DNA of 64,000 bases. Source: a virus (taxonomy: Duplodnaviria; Caudoviricetes). Position numbers and translations under genes: made by a program. Where the stretch lies: positions 1 through 64,000 of IMG/VR virus record IMGVR_UViG_2903468256_000002. One strand, 5' to 3'. Shown piece by piece: positions 1-8,896 of the stretch (the stretch's first letter is position 1; each line of letters opens with the position of its first letter). The notes under the pieces are model-generated. The model had not been told where the DNA came from and searched no databases. It was given only the letters and a program-made list of their open reading frames with translations.

Positions 1-1026
1 TCAAAGTGTGTCGGCCTCCATCTGGTCGATCGCCTTCTTCAGCGACTTCAGGCTGTTGTGGGAATAGCGACGGGTCATCGAGTCCGTCTTATGTCCCATC
101 AGATCCTGGGTCGTTTTGTCTGCCACACCGGACTGAAGCAGCCAGCTGGCGAACGTATGGCGCAGATCGTGAATGTGAAGCTTTGGCATGCCCGCGCGCT
201 TGCGGATGCCCAACCACCTCTTCGCAAAGCTGTATTGTGGTTTACCCTCCTCTTCTCCAATGAACACATATCCCTTCCGCTGGTCCTTCGGTGTGTGTGC
301 GAGTGTGTCGCGCACCTCCTGACGGAGCGGTATTCGCCTGGGGCTGCTGTTTTTCACGCGCTCGCCGTCCAGTTGTATCGCGGTCAGCTTGGGGTTTATC
401 TCGCTCCACTCAAGCTTCATGATCTCCTGGTGCCGCATACCGGTCCAGACGGCCAGGGTGACGAATAGGCGTTGCTCCTGGTTCGTGCAGGCCGCCAGCA
501 GCTTCTCGTAATGGTGACGCTGCAGATAGACCTCGCGCCTCGTGGCGTCGGGAATGTCGCCCTTGTCGACCTCCTTCACCGCGTTGTAGGTCACACCGCA
601 GTCTAGTCTCCTTTTGGCAAACGTCAGCAGCAGGCTCAGGAAGGCAAGGTCGCGCCGAAGCTGGACCGTCTTACCCGTCTTGAGCTTCTCCTTGATATAG
701 GTCTTCACCTTCGCTTCATCTAGTACACGCAGAGTGATATCGCCCAGCACCTCGACGACGTTGGTCAAACTCGTCGTGTAGTGGCGCTTGGTGTTCTTCG
801 AATATGGCCGGCGCCGGGGGTGCGCAAAGAGCAGCTCCGTCGCCTTGATGAGGGTGATATCGCCGTCCAGGATGAGCGCGGCGTTCAGTTCTTGTTCAAG
901 CCGATCTGCCTCCGCTTGAGCAGCCTTTGGACATTTAAGCCCAGTGGATTTTCTGACGGTGTCGTCCCCGACGCGGAGACGGGCTTGGTAGATCGTTGAT
1001 CCTTCTCGTAGGTAGATATCGGCCAT
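1..1026 (-). CDS. int: Tyrosine recombinase / phage integrase (341 aa)
   Basis: Catalytic motifs TGMRHQE (R), HDLRH (HxxR), LMGH (H), RRYSH (Y); start MADIYLR follows an AGGAAGG SD. Confidence 0.95.
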   Translation of the reverse strand: MADIYLREGSTIYQARLRVGDDTVRKSTGLKCPKAAQAEADRLEQELNAALILDGDITLIKATELLFAHPRRRPYSKNTKRHYTTSLTNVVEVLGDITLRVLDEAKVKTYIKEKLKTGKTVQLRRDLAFLSLLLTFAKRRLDCGVTYNAVKEVDKGDIPDATRREVYLQRHHYEKLLAACTNQEQRLFVTLAVWTGMRHQEIMKLEWSEINPKLTAIQLDGERVKNSSPRRIPLRQEVRDTLAHTPKDQRKGYVFIGEEEGKPQYSFAKRWLGIRKRAGMPKLHIHDLRHTFASWLLQSGVADKTTQDLMGHKTDSMTRRYSHNSLKSLKKAIDQMEADTL

Positions 1027-1217
1027 TGATGGACCTTCCTCTGTTGTTGAGAAACATCCATGGTGTTCAGCCAACCCTCGACTTCTGTCAAGCGAAAGCG
1101 GAATTGCCTCCCAATTCGTGCGGCGCCAGGGATCATGCCCCGGGCCGCCCAATACCGGATTGTTCTGTCGGACACGCTCAACGCGTCCGCCAGCTGCTTG
1201 GCTGATATCCAAAGCAC
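885..1217 (-). CDS. xis: Excisionase-like winged HTH protein
   Basis: ISAKQLADALSVSDRTIRYWAARGMIPGAARIGRQFRF is a MerR/Xis-type HTH; directly upstream of and overlapping int. Confidence 0.8.
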   Translation of the reverse strand: MLWISAKQLADALSVSDRTIRYWAARGMIPGAARIGRQFRFRLTEVEGWLNTMDVSQQQRKVHQWPISTYEKDQRSTKPVSASGTTPSENPLGLNVQRLLKRRQIGLNKN

Positions 1218-1327
1218 GATTTCCGCCCACCAAACCTTTGAATGCTTGTTTTATGGGCAGGTCTGTACCGGATTGGGACACCCTAGCACAAGAGGAAAAA
1301 TCACTTTTCGTAACAGAAAATTAACAT

Positions 1328-1564
1328 TTAATGATGGGATTTATTAAACCTCGCTAATATTCGAAGTACGTCCTCATTCACGGGGTACCGAAGTTTCTCC
1401 AAGAGTTTGACGCCATCCCTGATGACTTTGAACGATGGGGACAGAGCAAACATGTCCTCATCGTCGTAATGAAGGTCGAGCTCTGTTGCGAGCTCCAGCA
1501 GGAGGTTGTTGATCGTCTCCTTATCTGCTTCCGTGATCTGATCTTTTTCCGGCATGTCCAGCAA
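1328..1564 (-). CDS. Hypothetical acidic protein
   Basis: Protein-like 78-aa ORF co-oriented with neighbours. Confidence 0.6.
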   Translation of the reverse strand: MLDMPEKDQITEADKETINNLLLELATELDLHYDDEDMFALSPSFKVIRDGVKLLEKLRYPVNEDVLRILARFNKSHH

Positions 1565-2264
1565 TTTCGTCCACCCGTTTCTTTTTCGTACCGTGGGCGG
1601 GGAAGCCTACTATCACTCCCTTTCGTTCTCCATCGGCACATACGCCACACTGTGTACAACTAACGTCGGTATAGGTCGCGGGGCAGACAGCAATTTTCCT
1701 ACCTTTTGGAGTGTAGTTAGCTAAGTCTTTTGCCCTACGGCGGTATTCACTCAGGCTTTCATCTTTTCTTCTTCCGTATTCGGAATTCAATACTACCGCT
1801 ACTGGTAGACCCAGGTCGGCCAGGTTGTCTGCCTTCTCGATGCTGTCGGCAGAGAGGTTGATGTTCAATCCTTCAGCTGCGGCCTCTCTAATAATTGCGA
1901 TATTATCAAGGCTCGGTGGCTTATGGGTGAAGATAATCGCTCGCTTTCCCTTGCTTGCCTTTGCAATTTTTAAAACGCCGGCGCGATCGATTGTGTCTTT
2001 CTCCCCAGGCAGATCCCCAGCCTGTCCGTAACGCCAGATAGCGCCACGATTGAGTTTCCGGATCGGCTGAAGAGCCTCATCCAAGCCCGAGCCTCGCTCT
2101 CCCGAGGTGACCATGTCCCAGTGCAGCTTCAGCGGCCCGGTCATTGCGTAGCAGCCGCCCTTCTTCAGGGGACAGCTGTCGGGGCAGGTCTCACGGGAGC
2201 TCGTCATCACGGGCATGGGACCAGTCTTCACGTTCCGCGAGACGGGGGTCGTATGATAGTTCAT
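1521..2264 (-). CDS. Cys-rich phage protein (Gp88/DUF7227-like, possible Fe-S / radical-SAM-like)
   Basis: TCPDSCPLKKGGCYA motif, GQAGDLP, C-terminal CPA...CTQCGVC. Confidence 0.65.
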   Translation of the reverse strand: MNYHTTPVSRNVKTGPMPVMTSSRETCPDSCPLKKGGCYAMTGPLKLHWDMVTSGERGSGLDEALQPIRKLNRGAIWRYGQAGDLPGEKDTIDRAGVLKIAKASKGKRAIIFTHKPPSLDNIAIIREAAAEGLNINLSADSIEKADNLADLGLPVAVVLNSEYGRRKDESLSEYRRRAKDLANYTPKGRKIAVCPATYTDVSCTQCGVCADGERKGVIVGFPAHGTKKKRVDEIAGHAGKRSDHGSR

Positions 2265-2281
2265 CTTTTCCTCGCAAAGAA

Positions 2282-2307
2282 AAAGGGCGCCCCGAGGGAC
2301 GCCCTTT
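2282..2307 (-). terminator. Intrinsic terminator after rIIB
   Basis: AAAGGGCG-loop-CGCCCTTT stem followed by a U-tract on the - strand. Confidence 0.8.
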
Positions 2308-2335
2308 GTTCAGACTGGTTGTTGGATGGTGTTGG

Positions 2336-3193
2336 CTAGTTCAGCAGCCTCTTGGTCCAGGCCTTGACGGCGCCGAAGATGCTGGTGAAGGTGGCCACGG
2401 TGTCCTCGGGGGTTGGCCCTCCGTAACCGTCGTAGAACCAGCCCTCGTCGTCATCGTAGGCTGTCGAGTAGACCGGCGCGGGGAAGGCGTGCTTCGCCTC
2501 ATCCTCGGGGATCTCGTCGACGATCATGTATCGACAGGCCCGACCCTTGCCGGTGTATGAAGACTGGAAACCGACGACATCCGCCGGGTTGATCTTGAGC
2601 ACGACGACGCGCCCTGTGTTGCCGTGGTATTGAGGCAGGTAGTCCCACGAGCAGAAGTGCAGGCCGGCGGAGCAGACACGCGCCTTGTCGTGGTCATATT
2701 CAGTCAGGAAGATCGTCGTCCCGACCGCGTTTATGGTGCTGTGGTCGTAGAACGACGTATAGTCGTCATCGACCTTCTTGTAGGCCAGGAAGTAGCCATC
2801 AGGTGTGATCGGCATGCCCCCACGTTCGAGCCAGTCGAACAGCTCGTCCCTGACATTGGGGTCGGGGTTGAGCTGCAGCCGCTTGAAGAAGTTGATCCAC
2901 GGCGTGGCCGGCTGACCTCGACGCACCAGGTCGATGATCCGCATCGTGAGGAAGTTGTTGATCGGCCGGTCATTGTAGGTCATGCCATCCGGGCCGACCT
3001 TGACCAGTTCGTCTTCGTAGCCGAGGTGTCGGCGGAGGGCGGCGGCCAGGTCGAATAGGTCTTCGCCAACCTCCGTGCCTTCGCGGAGCCGCTGCTTGAT
3101 CGTGGCGAAGTTCGGATGGCTGCTGTCGATGGTCTTCAGATCTCCGCCAATGAAGGCGGAGATCGTGTTCCCAGAAATGACGTGCGGGATCAT
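2336..3193 (-). CDS. rIIB: rIIB-like protein
   Basis: LFDWLERGGMPITPDGYFLAYKKV, CSAGLHFCSWDYL and VVLKINPADVV motifs; follows rIIA. Confidence 0.9.
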   Translation of the reverse strand: MIPHVISGNTISAFIGGDLKTIDSSHPNFATIKQRLREGTEVGEDLFDLAAALRRHLGYEDELVKVGPDGMTYNDRPINNFLTMRIIDLVRRGQPATPWINFFKRLQLNPDPNVRDELFDWLERGGMPITPDGYFLAYKKVDDDYTSFYDHSTINAVGTTIFLTEYDHDKARVCSAGLHFCSWDYLPQYHGNTGRVVVLKINPADVVGFQSSYTGKGRACRYMIVDEIPEDEAKHAFPAPVYSTAYDDDEGWFYDGYGGPTPEDTVATFTSIFGAVKAWTKRLLN

Positions 3194-3199
3194 CAGTGA

Positions 3200-5197
3200 T
3201 TACCTCGTGATCAGTTTGAGATAGTGGGTCAGGTGCTCATTGTTGTCGCAGAGCACCTTGAGCAGGGGGTAGGCGCTGGTCAGCTTGGTGAACTTCTCGT
3301 GGAAGTCCGTCTTCAGCGCCGGCAGGGTCTTGCCGGTCACTTCGGTCCACAGCTGCTGACGAAGGACATCCTCGTAGCTGTTCGACGGCATGTTGATGGC
3401 CTTCTGGAGAAGGTCGCGCAGCCGCTTCGGCAGGAGTTCCAGCTTGTCCTTGAGCACGTTGACCAGGCGCTGGTTGCGGAACGCCGTGACGTCCGACTTC
3501 ACGGCATACGCCCTGGCATTGAAACCGGCGGCGGTGTCGCGGAGCAGATCGTCGAGGTGAACCCAACCCGGCCGGTCCTTCGGCAGGTCGCGCTGGTTCT
3601 TCATCAGGACGATGATCTCGGTGTCGACGCCTATATTACGGAGCCGCTTGGTGTAGCGGTCTCTCACCGTGTCGAACTCCAGCACCGTGCCGAAGACGTC
3701 GTAGTGGGCGCCCTCGGAGTAGACGTAGATCGCCTTCTCCGGCTCCAGGATGATGCTCCGGTTCTGATCGAAGCGACGGATGTCCTGCTTGGTCAGGGCG
3801 ACCCGGTACCTCGTGACGCGGGGCAGCTTCAGCCGTTCAATCTTGTTGAGATCGACGACGTCCTCGACGCCGAAGTACTCGACGATCCACTCCTTCTTGG
3901 AGGCCTTCACCCACAGGATGTCGGCGTCCTCGTTCTCCTGGCGGAACATCCTGATGCGATCGGCCGGAAAGCGACAGTCGTCAGCCTGCCAGACGATGAC
4001 GTAGGATTTGAGATCCTCCGGCGTGATCGTCGGGACATCGGCGTAGTGGCGGCGCTGGCCGGTTGGTTGACGGGGCGGCGAGAACTTAATGTCGTCCCAA
4101 GCTTCGAGCACCGCAGCGCGACCGGCGTTGATAAAGCCGAACTTGGTGCGCAGCTGACGCTGGCCACGCCATTTCGGTTCCTTGAGCATGGCCTTGCCGA
4201 GCCTGCCGCTCAACTCACGATACCGAACGCAGGCATCGAGATAGTTGTCCGGTTCGTCGAGCGCAGCCTGGAGCTCGGTCCTGATGTCCTGGCGCACCTT
4301 CTGCCAGATCATCCGCAGATTATCCTTCGTCACCTCGTCGTAGCCAAGCTGCTCGCGAGAGGTGGACACGCTGGCCGTGCCGATCGGCACGTCGATGATG
4401 ATCGGGATCTGGCGTTCGCCGTTGTCGTCCACGGAGACCAGCTGCTCAATGTCCAGCGGGTAGAGCACGCAGCCCTGACGGATATGGGGCCGGTTGATGT
4501 GTCTCGAGTTGACGATGCGATAGTCGGTACCCTCCATGAGGGTCGTGACGCCGGCCGGCGCCCAGTGGTCATTGAGCACGTTCGGCATCGGGTCGAAGCC
4601 GATCATCACCTTCTCGATGGCGGTGTGGAAACGGTCGATGTCGCCCTGCTGGACAGGGAACTTGATCATCACACCACCAGGCTCATTGCTCTCGCCCTCG
4701 GCGGCCAGGCTCACGGTCGGCATGCCAGTGGCGTCCAGGAAACAGATGTATTCCCGCTTGTACGAGCCGTCGAAGCAGGTGATCGTGTACTGCTTGGTGT
4801 AGGCGAAGGCCGACTTCATGCCGAGACCGAGCATGCCGACCTGGTCGTTGTTGTCGCGTTTGTCCGAGCCGAACAGCGTCGTGGCGCGCTGCATCACATC
4901 CTCGTGGCTCATGCCGGGGCCGAAGTCCCTGACCATGAAGTACGGGCTGAAGATCGACGGAGCCATCAGGAGGAAAGGCACGTCGTCCTTGCCGACCATG
5001 CGGTGGGCATCATAGGCATTGGTGGCGTATTCACGTACCGGCGCCAGGATTTTGTCCGAGTAGATGCCGTCGATGACGGCGTGAAAAGCGAAGGCGTTCA
5101 TTTCGAAGCCAAAAGAGCGGGCCTCGGTGACACCGGCGGTGTGGAAGTCTTCGGCGCGGGCCGTGTTGAGCATTTTCATGGTCTTGTCCTTGTGCAT
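3200..5197 (-). CDS. rIIA: rIIA-like protein with N-terminal GHKL/HATPase domain
   Basis: IYSDKILAPVREYATNAYDAH, VRDFGPGM, FGSDK, GMLGLGMKSAFAYT; paired with rIIB. Confidence 0.9.
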   Translation of the reverse strand: MHKDKTMKMLNTARAEDFHTAGVTEARSFGFEMNAFAFHAVIDGIYSDKILAPVREYATNAYDAHRMVGKDDVPFLLMAPSIFSPYFMVRDFGPGMSHEDVMQRATTLFGSDKRDNNDQVGMLGLGMKSAFAYTKQYTITCFDGSYKREYICFLDATGMPTVSLAAEGESNEPGGVMIKFPVQQGDIDRFHTAIEKVMIGFDPMPNVLNDHWAPAGVTTLMEGTDYRIVNSRHINRPHIRQGCVLYPLDIEQLVSVDDNGERQIPIIIDVPIGTASVSTSREQLGYDEVTKDNLRMIWQKVRQDIRTELQAALDEPDNYLDACVRYRELSGRLGKAMLKEPKWRGQRQLRTKFGFINAGRAAVLEAWDDIKFSPPRQPTGQRRHYADVPTITPEDLKSYVIVWQADDCRFPADRIRMFRQENEDADILWVKASKKEWIVEYFGVEDVVDLNKIERLKLPRVTRYRVALTKQDIRRFDQNRSIILEPEKAIYVYSEGAHYDVFGTVLEFDTVRDRYTKRLRNIGVDTEIIVLMKNQRDLPKDRPGWVHLDDLLRDTAAGFNARAYAVKSDVTAFRNQRLVNVLKDKLELLPKRLRDLLQKAINMPSNSYEDVLRQQLWTEVTGKTLPALKTDFHEKFTKLTSAYPLLKVLCDNNEHLTHYLKLITR

Positions 5198-5260
5198 GGC
5201 TTCGCCGTTGCCCCGGATGATCCGAGGCGGGAAGAAGCGATTGAGAAGGGATGTTGGTGT

Positions 5261-5491
5261 TTAGGCCGCCATGGGCAGCGGACGGAGGACGCGGAGCTGA
5301 AGCTCGGCCGCCTGGTAGTTGTCGTGCTGGCCGATGACGCGGCCTGTCGGGCTTGTGACCCAGTACTTGTCCCACCCTCGTTCGAAGGGCAGCTTCATAT
5401 TGGCGACGTCTGCGCGGGTCAGCACGTCGCCGGTGGTCGGTTCATAGACTTTGATCTGCAAGGAGTGTCTCCATTTGCTTGCGCTTTCCAT
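5261..5491 (-). CDS. Hypothetical protein (start uncertain)
   Basis: ORF fills the gap in the - strand operon. Confidence 0.45.
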   Translation of the reverse strand: MESASKWRHSLQIKVYEPTTGDVLTRADVANMKLPFERGWDKYWVTSPTGRVIGQHDNYQAAELQLRVLRPLPMAA

Positions 5492-5747
5492 CCAGGACCC
5501 GTGCTACGGGCTGGCCCTTGACGAGCACGAGTTCGGTAAATCCGACCTGGATGATTTCGATGGGTTCGCTGTTGAGTTCGAGGGCTTCGAGCCCTGCCGC
5601 GGTGATGTCTTTGCGGCCAAGATGCCAAGCGTCGGTTGTCCACCCCTTCATCCAAAGGGACTTCAGGGTGTTGTACTCGCCGCCGCTGGGGTAGAGGCGG
5701 TCGGTCAGGAGCCCTCGGATGAGCATCTCTTTCTGCTTTGGTGTCAT
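5442..5747 (-). CDS. Hypothetical protein
   Basis: 101 aa, SD-like AGAAGG upstream, GC3-rich codons. Confidence 0.7.
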   Translation of the reverse strand: MTPKQKEMLIRGLLTDRLYPSGGEYNTLKSLWMKGWTTDAWHLGRKDITAAGLEALELNSEPIEIIQVGFTELVLVKGQPVARVLDGKRKQMETLLADQSL

Positions 5748-5771
5748 GTGAAATGGACCTTCTTGTTGGTG

Positions 5772-5960
5772 TCACTGGGCGGTGATATTCTCCACCTCCC
5801 GTTCACAGACCACGAGACCGTAGTTCTCCAGCTCCTCGAATTTCTTCGCCTGAACGAAGGCCTCGCCGGCAGCTTCGCGGGGATCTTCGTCGGACTCGAC
5901 GTCGATGGTGAAGCTGTGTATGACGGTCTCGACAATCGTGACGTCGTATTTCTTGGACAT
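5772..5960 (-). CDS. DpnD/PcfM-like small protein
   Basis: KKYDVTIVETVIHSFTIDVES pattern. Confidence 0.55.
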   Translation of the reverse strand: MSKKYDVTIVETVIHSFTIDVESDEDPREAAGEAFVQAKKFEELENYGLVVCEREVENITAQ

Positions 5961-5971
5961 GGAGTTTCCCT

Positions 5972-6199
5972 ATGGCAAAGCAGCAGGACATTGATCTGAC
6001 GGACAAGAGCATGGACGAGCTCGAAGCCATCCACGAAGCCGTGATGCAGGCGAAGGAAGCCCGGGCGATCGAGTTCCAGAATGAACTGATCCGCCAGTAC
6101 CAGGAGCTTAAGGTGAAGATGGTGAAGGCCGGGGTGGTCAAGGAAGACCAGCTGCCGAACCTCAAGATCCGGGGCTGGACTCGGAAGAGACCAAACTGA
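5972..6199 (+). CDS. Small coiled-coil protein resembling an H-NS/HvrA N-terminal oligomerisation domain
   Basis: IDLTDKSMDELEAIHEAVMQAKEAR; GGAG SD; strong GC3 bias; counter-oriented moron. Confidence 0.6.
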   Translation: MAKQQDIDLTDKSMDELEAIHEAVMQAKEARAIEFQNELIRQYQELKVKMVKAGVVKEDQLPNLKIRGWTRKRPN

Positions 6200-6530
6200 C
6201 GTCGTCCATGTTGACGTCGTTCCTCTTGGTCCAGTCGCGGACCAGGAACATAGGCACGCAGTCCGGAACTTCGATCCGATTGCGCTCGATGACCTCGGGC
6301 TCCACGACCTGGGGCTCGAGCACGGCGCCAGCCGGCGCAATTTCCTCCGGGGCCGTGAGCTCCGGGTCTTTCTTCAGGCCCATTAGACCATTCAGCAGCG
6401 CTGCCAGCTCCTCCCGCGTGTCGATGCGGATGGTGGCGAGCGCCGCTGGCTTCAGGCCGAGCTGGCGCCGGTGGGCGTCAGCGTCGTTCTTCATCGGGAA
6501 CCAGCCGCGCTCGACGTTGTAAACAATCAT
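6162..6530 (-). CDS. Hypothetical phage protein
   Basis: Overlap-coupled early ORF. Confidence 0.7.
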   Translation of the reverse strand: MIVYNVERGWFPMKNDADAHRRQLGLKPAALATIRIDTREELAALLNGLMGLKKDPELTAPEEIAPAGAVLEPQVVEPEVIERNRIEVPDCVPMFLVRDWTKRNDVNMDDVSLVSSESSPGS

Positions 6531-6745
6531 TTCATCAACTCCACGGCGGAGCTGACGTCCACAAGATCGAGGATGGCGCGGTCGATCCGCCGGCGGGCTG
6601 TGTCGATGTCCTCGACGTCTTCCAGTTCCCTCATGATAAAGAGGAACAGCGTGTCGCCCACCAGGTCGACCTGGGTCATGTCCTCGACGTGGGCATGGTC
6701 GCCGTTCGAGAACGCCTTTGCGGCGGCTTTTTGGTAGGGGTTCAT
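6527..6745 (-). CDS. Hypothetical phage protein
   Basis: ATGA-coupled ORF. Confidence 0.7.
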   Translation of the reverse strand: MNPYQKAAAKAFSNGDHAHVEDMTQVDLVGDTLFLFIMRELEDVEDIDTARRRIDRAILDLVDVSSAVELMK

Positions 6746-7251
6746 TTCACCAGCTCCTTGGCCTCGCTGACCAGTTTCATGAAGGCGCCGTACTCTTCGC
6801 AGAGACGTTCGTCGCTCATGTCTGACAGCATTTCGTCGACATCGTCGTAGGTGACGCCGTCGTCTCGGGCCACGCCGTCCTCATCCTTGAGGGCTTCGAA
6901 GTCCTCCTCCGGCGTGGTCAGGCGGGCCATCTGCTCGACGAATTTCTCCATCCGCTCGTACCGGTCGGTGTCGTAGTTCAGGGGTTTCTCGCCGCGGTCG
7001 TCGCTGTCGACGAGAATGCCGGTTTTGGTGATCCGGAGATTGACCGGCTCGTCGTGGTCGGGGTCGTAGGCATGGACGACGAGGTGCCCGTCGCTGATCT
7101 CGATCCAGACCTCGCGCTTGGTGCCATCCGGGCACTTCGCCTCGATGTCGATCCGAGGCATGGACGACTTGATGTTGACCTCCCAGAGCCGGCGGTCAGC
7201 CTCTTCACCATCCGCGATCTTCCAGTCCTGCATGTTCAAACGGACGTGCAT
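6742..7251 (-). CDS. Hypothetical acidic protein
   Basis: 169-aa coupled ORF. Confidence 0.7.
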   Translation of the reverse strand: MHVRLNMQDWKIADGEEADRRLWEVNIKSSMPRIDIEAKCPDGTKREVWIEISDGHLVVHAYDPDHDEPVNLRITKTGILVDSDDRGEKPLNYDTDRYERMEKFVEQMARLTTPEEDFEALKDEDGVARDDGVTYDDVDEMLSDMSDERLCEEYGAFMKLVSEAKELVK

Positions 7252-7460
7252 GTTCCTGCCTCAATGATTGTGGTGTTGTCGTCGAGCGTGACAGCGTCGA
7301 TCGTGACCTTGTCGATCAGGTCAGCGACCTTCGCGTGGGTGATCAGTTCGTAGACATGCTCGGCGATCACCTCGGGGGTAATGGGGCCGGCGTAGATGCC
7401 GACCGTGATGAAGCAGCTCATGTCGACTTTGAGCCGGACGTTGACGTCGTCGATGCCCAT
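7236..7460 (-). CDS. Hypothetical protein (start MGIDDV)
   Basis: In-operon ORF. Confidence 0.6.
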   Translation of the reverse strand: MGIDDVNVRLKVDMSCFITVGIYAGPITPEVIAEHVYELITHAKVADLIDKVTIDAVTLDDNTTIIEAGTCTSV

Positions 7461-7461
7461 G

Positions 7462-7608
7462 TCAGAACCCGTGCGGCGACACGTAGCTGCTGCAGAGCAA
7501 CTCCTGGTCCATGGCATAGCCGCAGTTGTTGGCGTAGTCCCGGTTGGCAGGCGCAGTTGCAGAGCACCCGGCGCAGATCAGCGCCGTGATCAAGATCACG
7601 ATTTTCAT
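7462..7608 (-). CDS. Small putative lipoprotein (48 aa)
   Basis: MKIVILITALICAG|C signal peptide with lipobox; AAGGA SD. Confidence 0.7.
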   Translation of the reverse strand: MKIVILITALICAGCSATAPANRDYANNCGYAMDQELLCSSYVSPHGF

Positions 7609-7639
7609 GTTGGTTTCCTTGTTGGGGTAGGGTTGTGGA

Positions 7640-8299
7640 TCAGCGGATCCGGGTGAGGTCGTACTTCTCGGCGTAGCGGTCGACCACGGTCTCCGGATCA
7701 TCGTCGAAGCTGTACCAGGTGGTCAGGAACTCCTCCTTCTCCTGGCCGGAGTCCTCCACGGTGATGCCGTAGGATCGCTTCATGAGCCAGTCGCAGGATC
7801 GGAAGAACTCCTCCTTTGCGGACTTGTCGCTCAGGATCTCACGCTTCGCCATGATGGGGTCGCGAGACGTCTCTCGTGGCTTCAGGGTGCTGACGATCGC
7901 GGGCACGATCTCCCAGTCATAGGCGCCGCTCGACCGGTACCATTCGGGCAGCAGCTCGTAGACCTGGAGCACGAACTTGCCGATTGTGATGCTCTCGTGC
8001 CGGAGCTCGGCCGAGCCGACGCCCTCCCGGTATTCGAGCCAGGCCTTGTCGGCCTTGCCCCGCTTCGGGACGACGGTGATCTCGTTGAGCCACTCCCAGA
8101 CGCAGAGCGCCGCCTCCATCTCCAGGTGGCTGTAGGCCTCGGAGATCTCCACTGACATGTTCTGCCGATACACGTGGGCGCCGCTCTCGAGTAGCTCGTT
8201 GGCTACCTTCTTTGCAGCATCGTCGGTGGCGACCAGGTCCCGGACGATGCCAGGGATGTGGTCATGCTCGCCTTCGATGTAGAAGAGGTCAATTTTCAT
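7640..8299 (-). CDS. Hypothetical protein
   Basis: 219-aa early ORF. Confidence 0.75.
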   Translation of the reverse strand: MKIDLFYIEGEHDHIPGIVRDLVATDDAAKKVANELLESGAHVYRQNMSVEISEAYSHLEMEAALCVWEWLNEITVVPKRGKADKAWLEYREGVGSAELRHESITIGKFVLQVYELLPEWYRSSGAYDWEIVPAIVSTLKPRETSRDPIMAKREILSDKSAKEEFFRSCDWLMKRSYGITVEDSGQEKEEFLTTWYSFDDDPETVVDRYAEKYDLTRIR

Positions 8300-8694
8300 T
8301 CTGTCTCAGGCTCCGATCTGGTGAGCAGCAGGGTGACGGCGCGCGTCAGGTACTGGCAGTCCTTGACCTTCAGCTCCTTGCCGGTGACACGGCGCATCAG
8401 GTCTTCGACCGTGTTCACGATCTCGATCCGGCGGAGGTCGCGGTCGTGATACCAAGGCGCGACTTCGCGTGGCTCGGCGTCGTCGTCGATCAGCTGGCAT
8501 TGCAGCCACTCGCCGCCGTTCTCGTCTACGAAGACGACCTGGCCGGCCGCGGTGACGGTCTCCTGACCGTCATAATTATGCTGCGTGCCGGTGCCGTCGA
8601 AATCGTAGCTGCCGTCTTCGTTGAAGATGACCCCGCAGGTGCCGGGGGTCGTTTCGAGCGTGCCGACAATTTCTGTTCCGTCAGGCGCTTTCAT
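8296..8694 (-). CDS. Hypothetical protein
   Basis: 132-aa coupled ORF. Confidence 0.7.
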   Translation of the reverse strand: MKAPDGTEIVGTLETTPGTCGVIFNEDGSYDFDGTGTQHNYDGQETVTAAGQVVFVDENGGEWLQCQLIDDDAEPREVAPWYHDRDLRRIEIVNTVEDLMRRVTGKELKVKDCQYLTRAVTLLLTRSEPETE

Positions 8695-8896
8695 AGGTCA
8701 CCTCAAATGGTTCGGCGTTCATGAAGATGGTGGAGAACTCGCGCGCCTCCTTTTCCTGGACCTCGAACTGTTCGGCGAGGTGCGGGTGCTTCCACTCGCG
8801 AAGCTGGAACGCGTTCAGTTTGAACTTGTCGGCGGCGGCATCGCAGATGTTGGACAGCGACTGGAGGTCGCTGTCGGTGAAGTGGCGGGTGGTCAT
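8681..8896 (-). CDS. Hypothetical protein
   Basis: 71-aa coupled ORF. Confidence 0.65.
   Translation of the reverse strand: MTTRHFTDSDLQSLSNICDAAADKFKLNAFQLREWKHPHLAEQFEVQEKEAREFSTIFMNAEPFEVTYESA

Noticed and set aside
1027-1281. 85-aa N-terminal extension of the integrase in the ORF track
   Set aside because: Overlaps xis; a good SD precedes the ATG at 1026
3224-5521. 765-aa + strand ORF
   Set aside because: Antisense shadow of GC3-rich rIIA; no motifs
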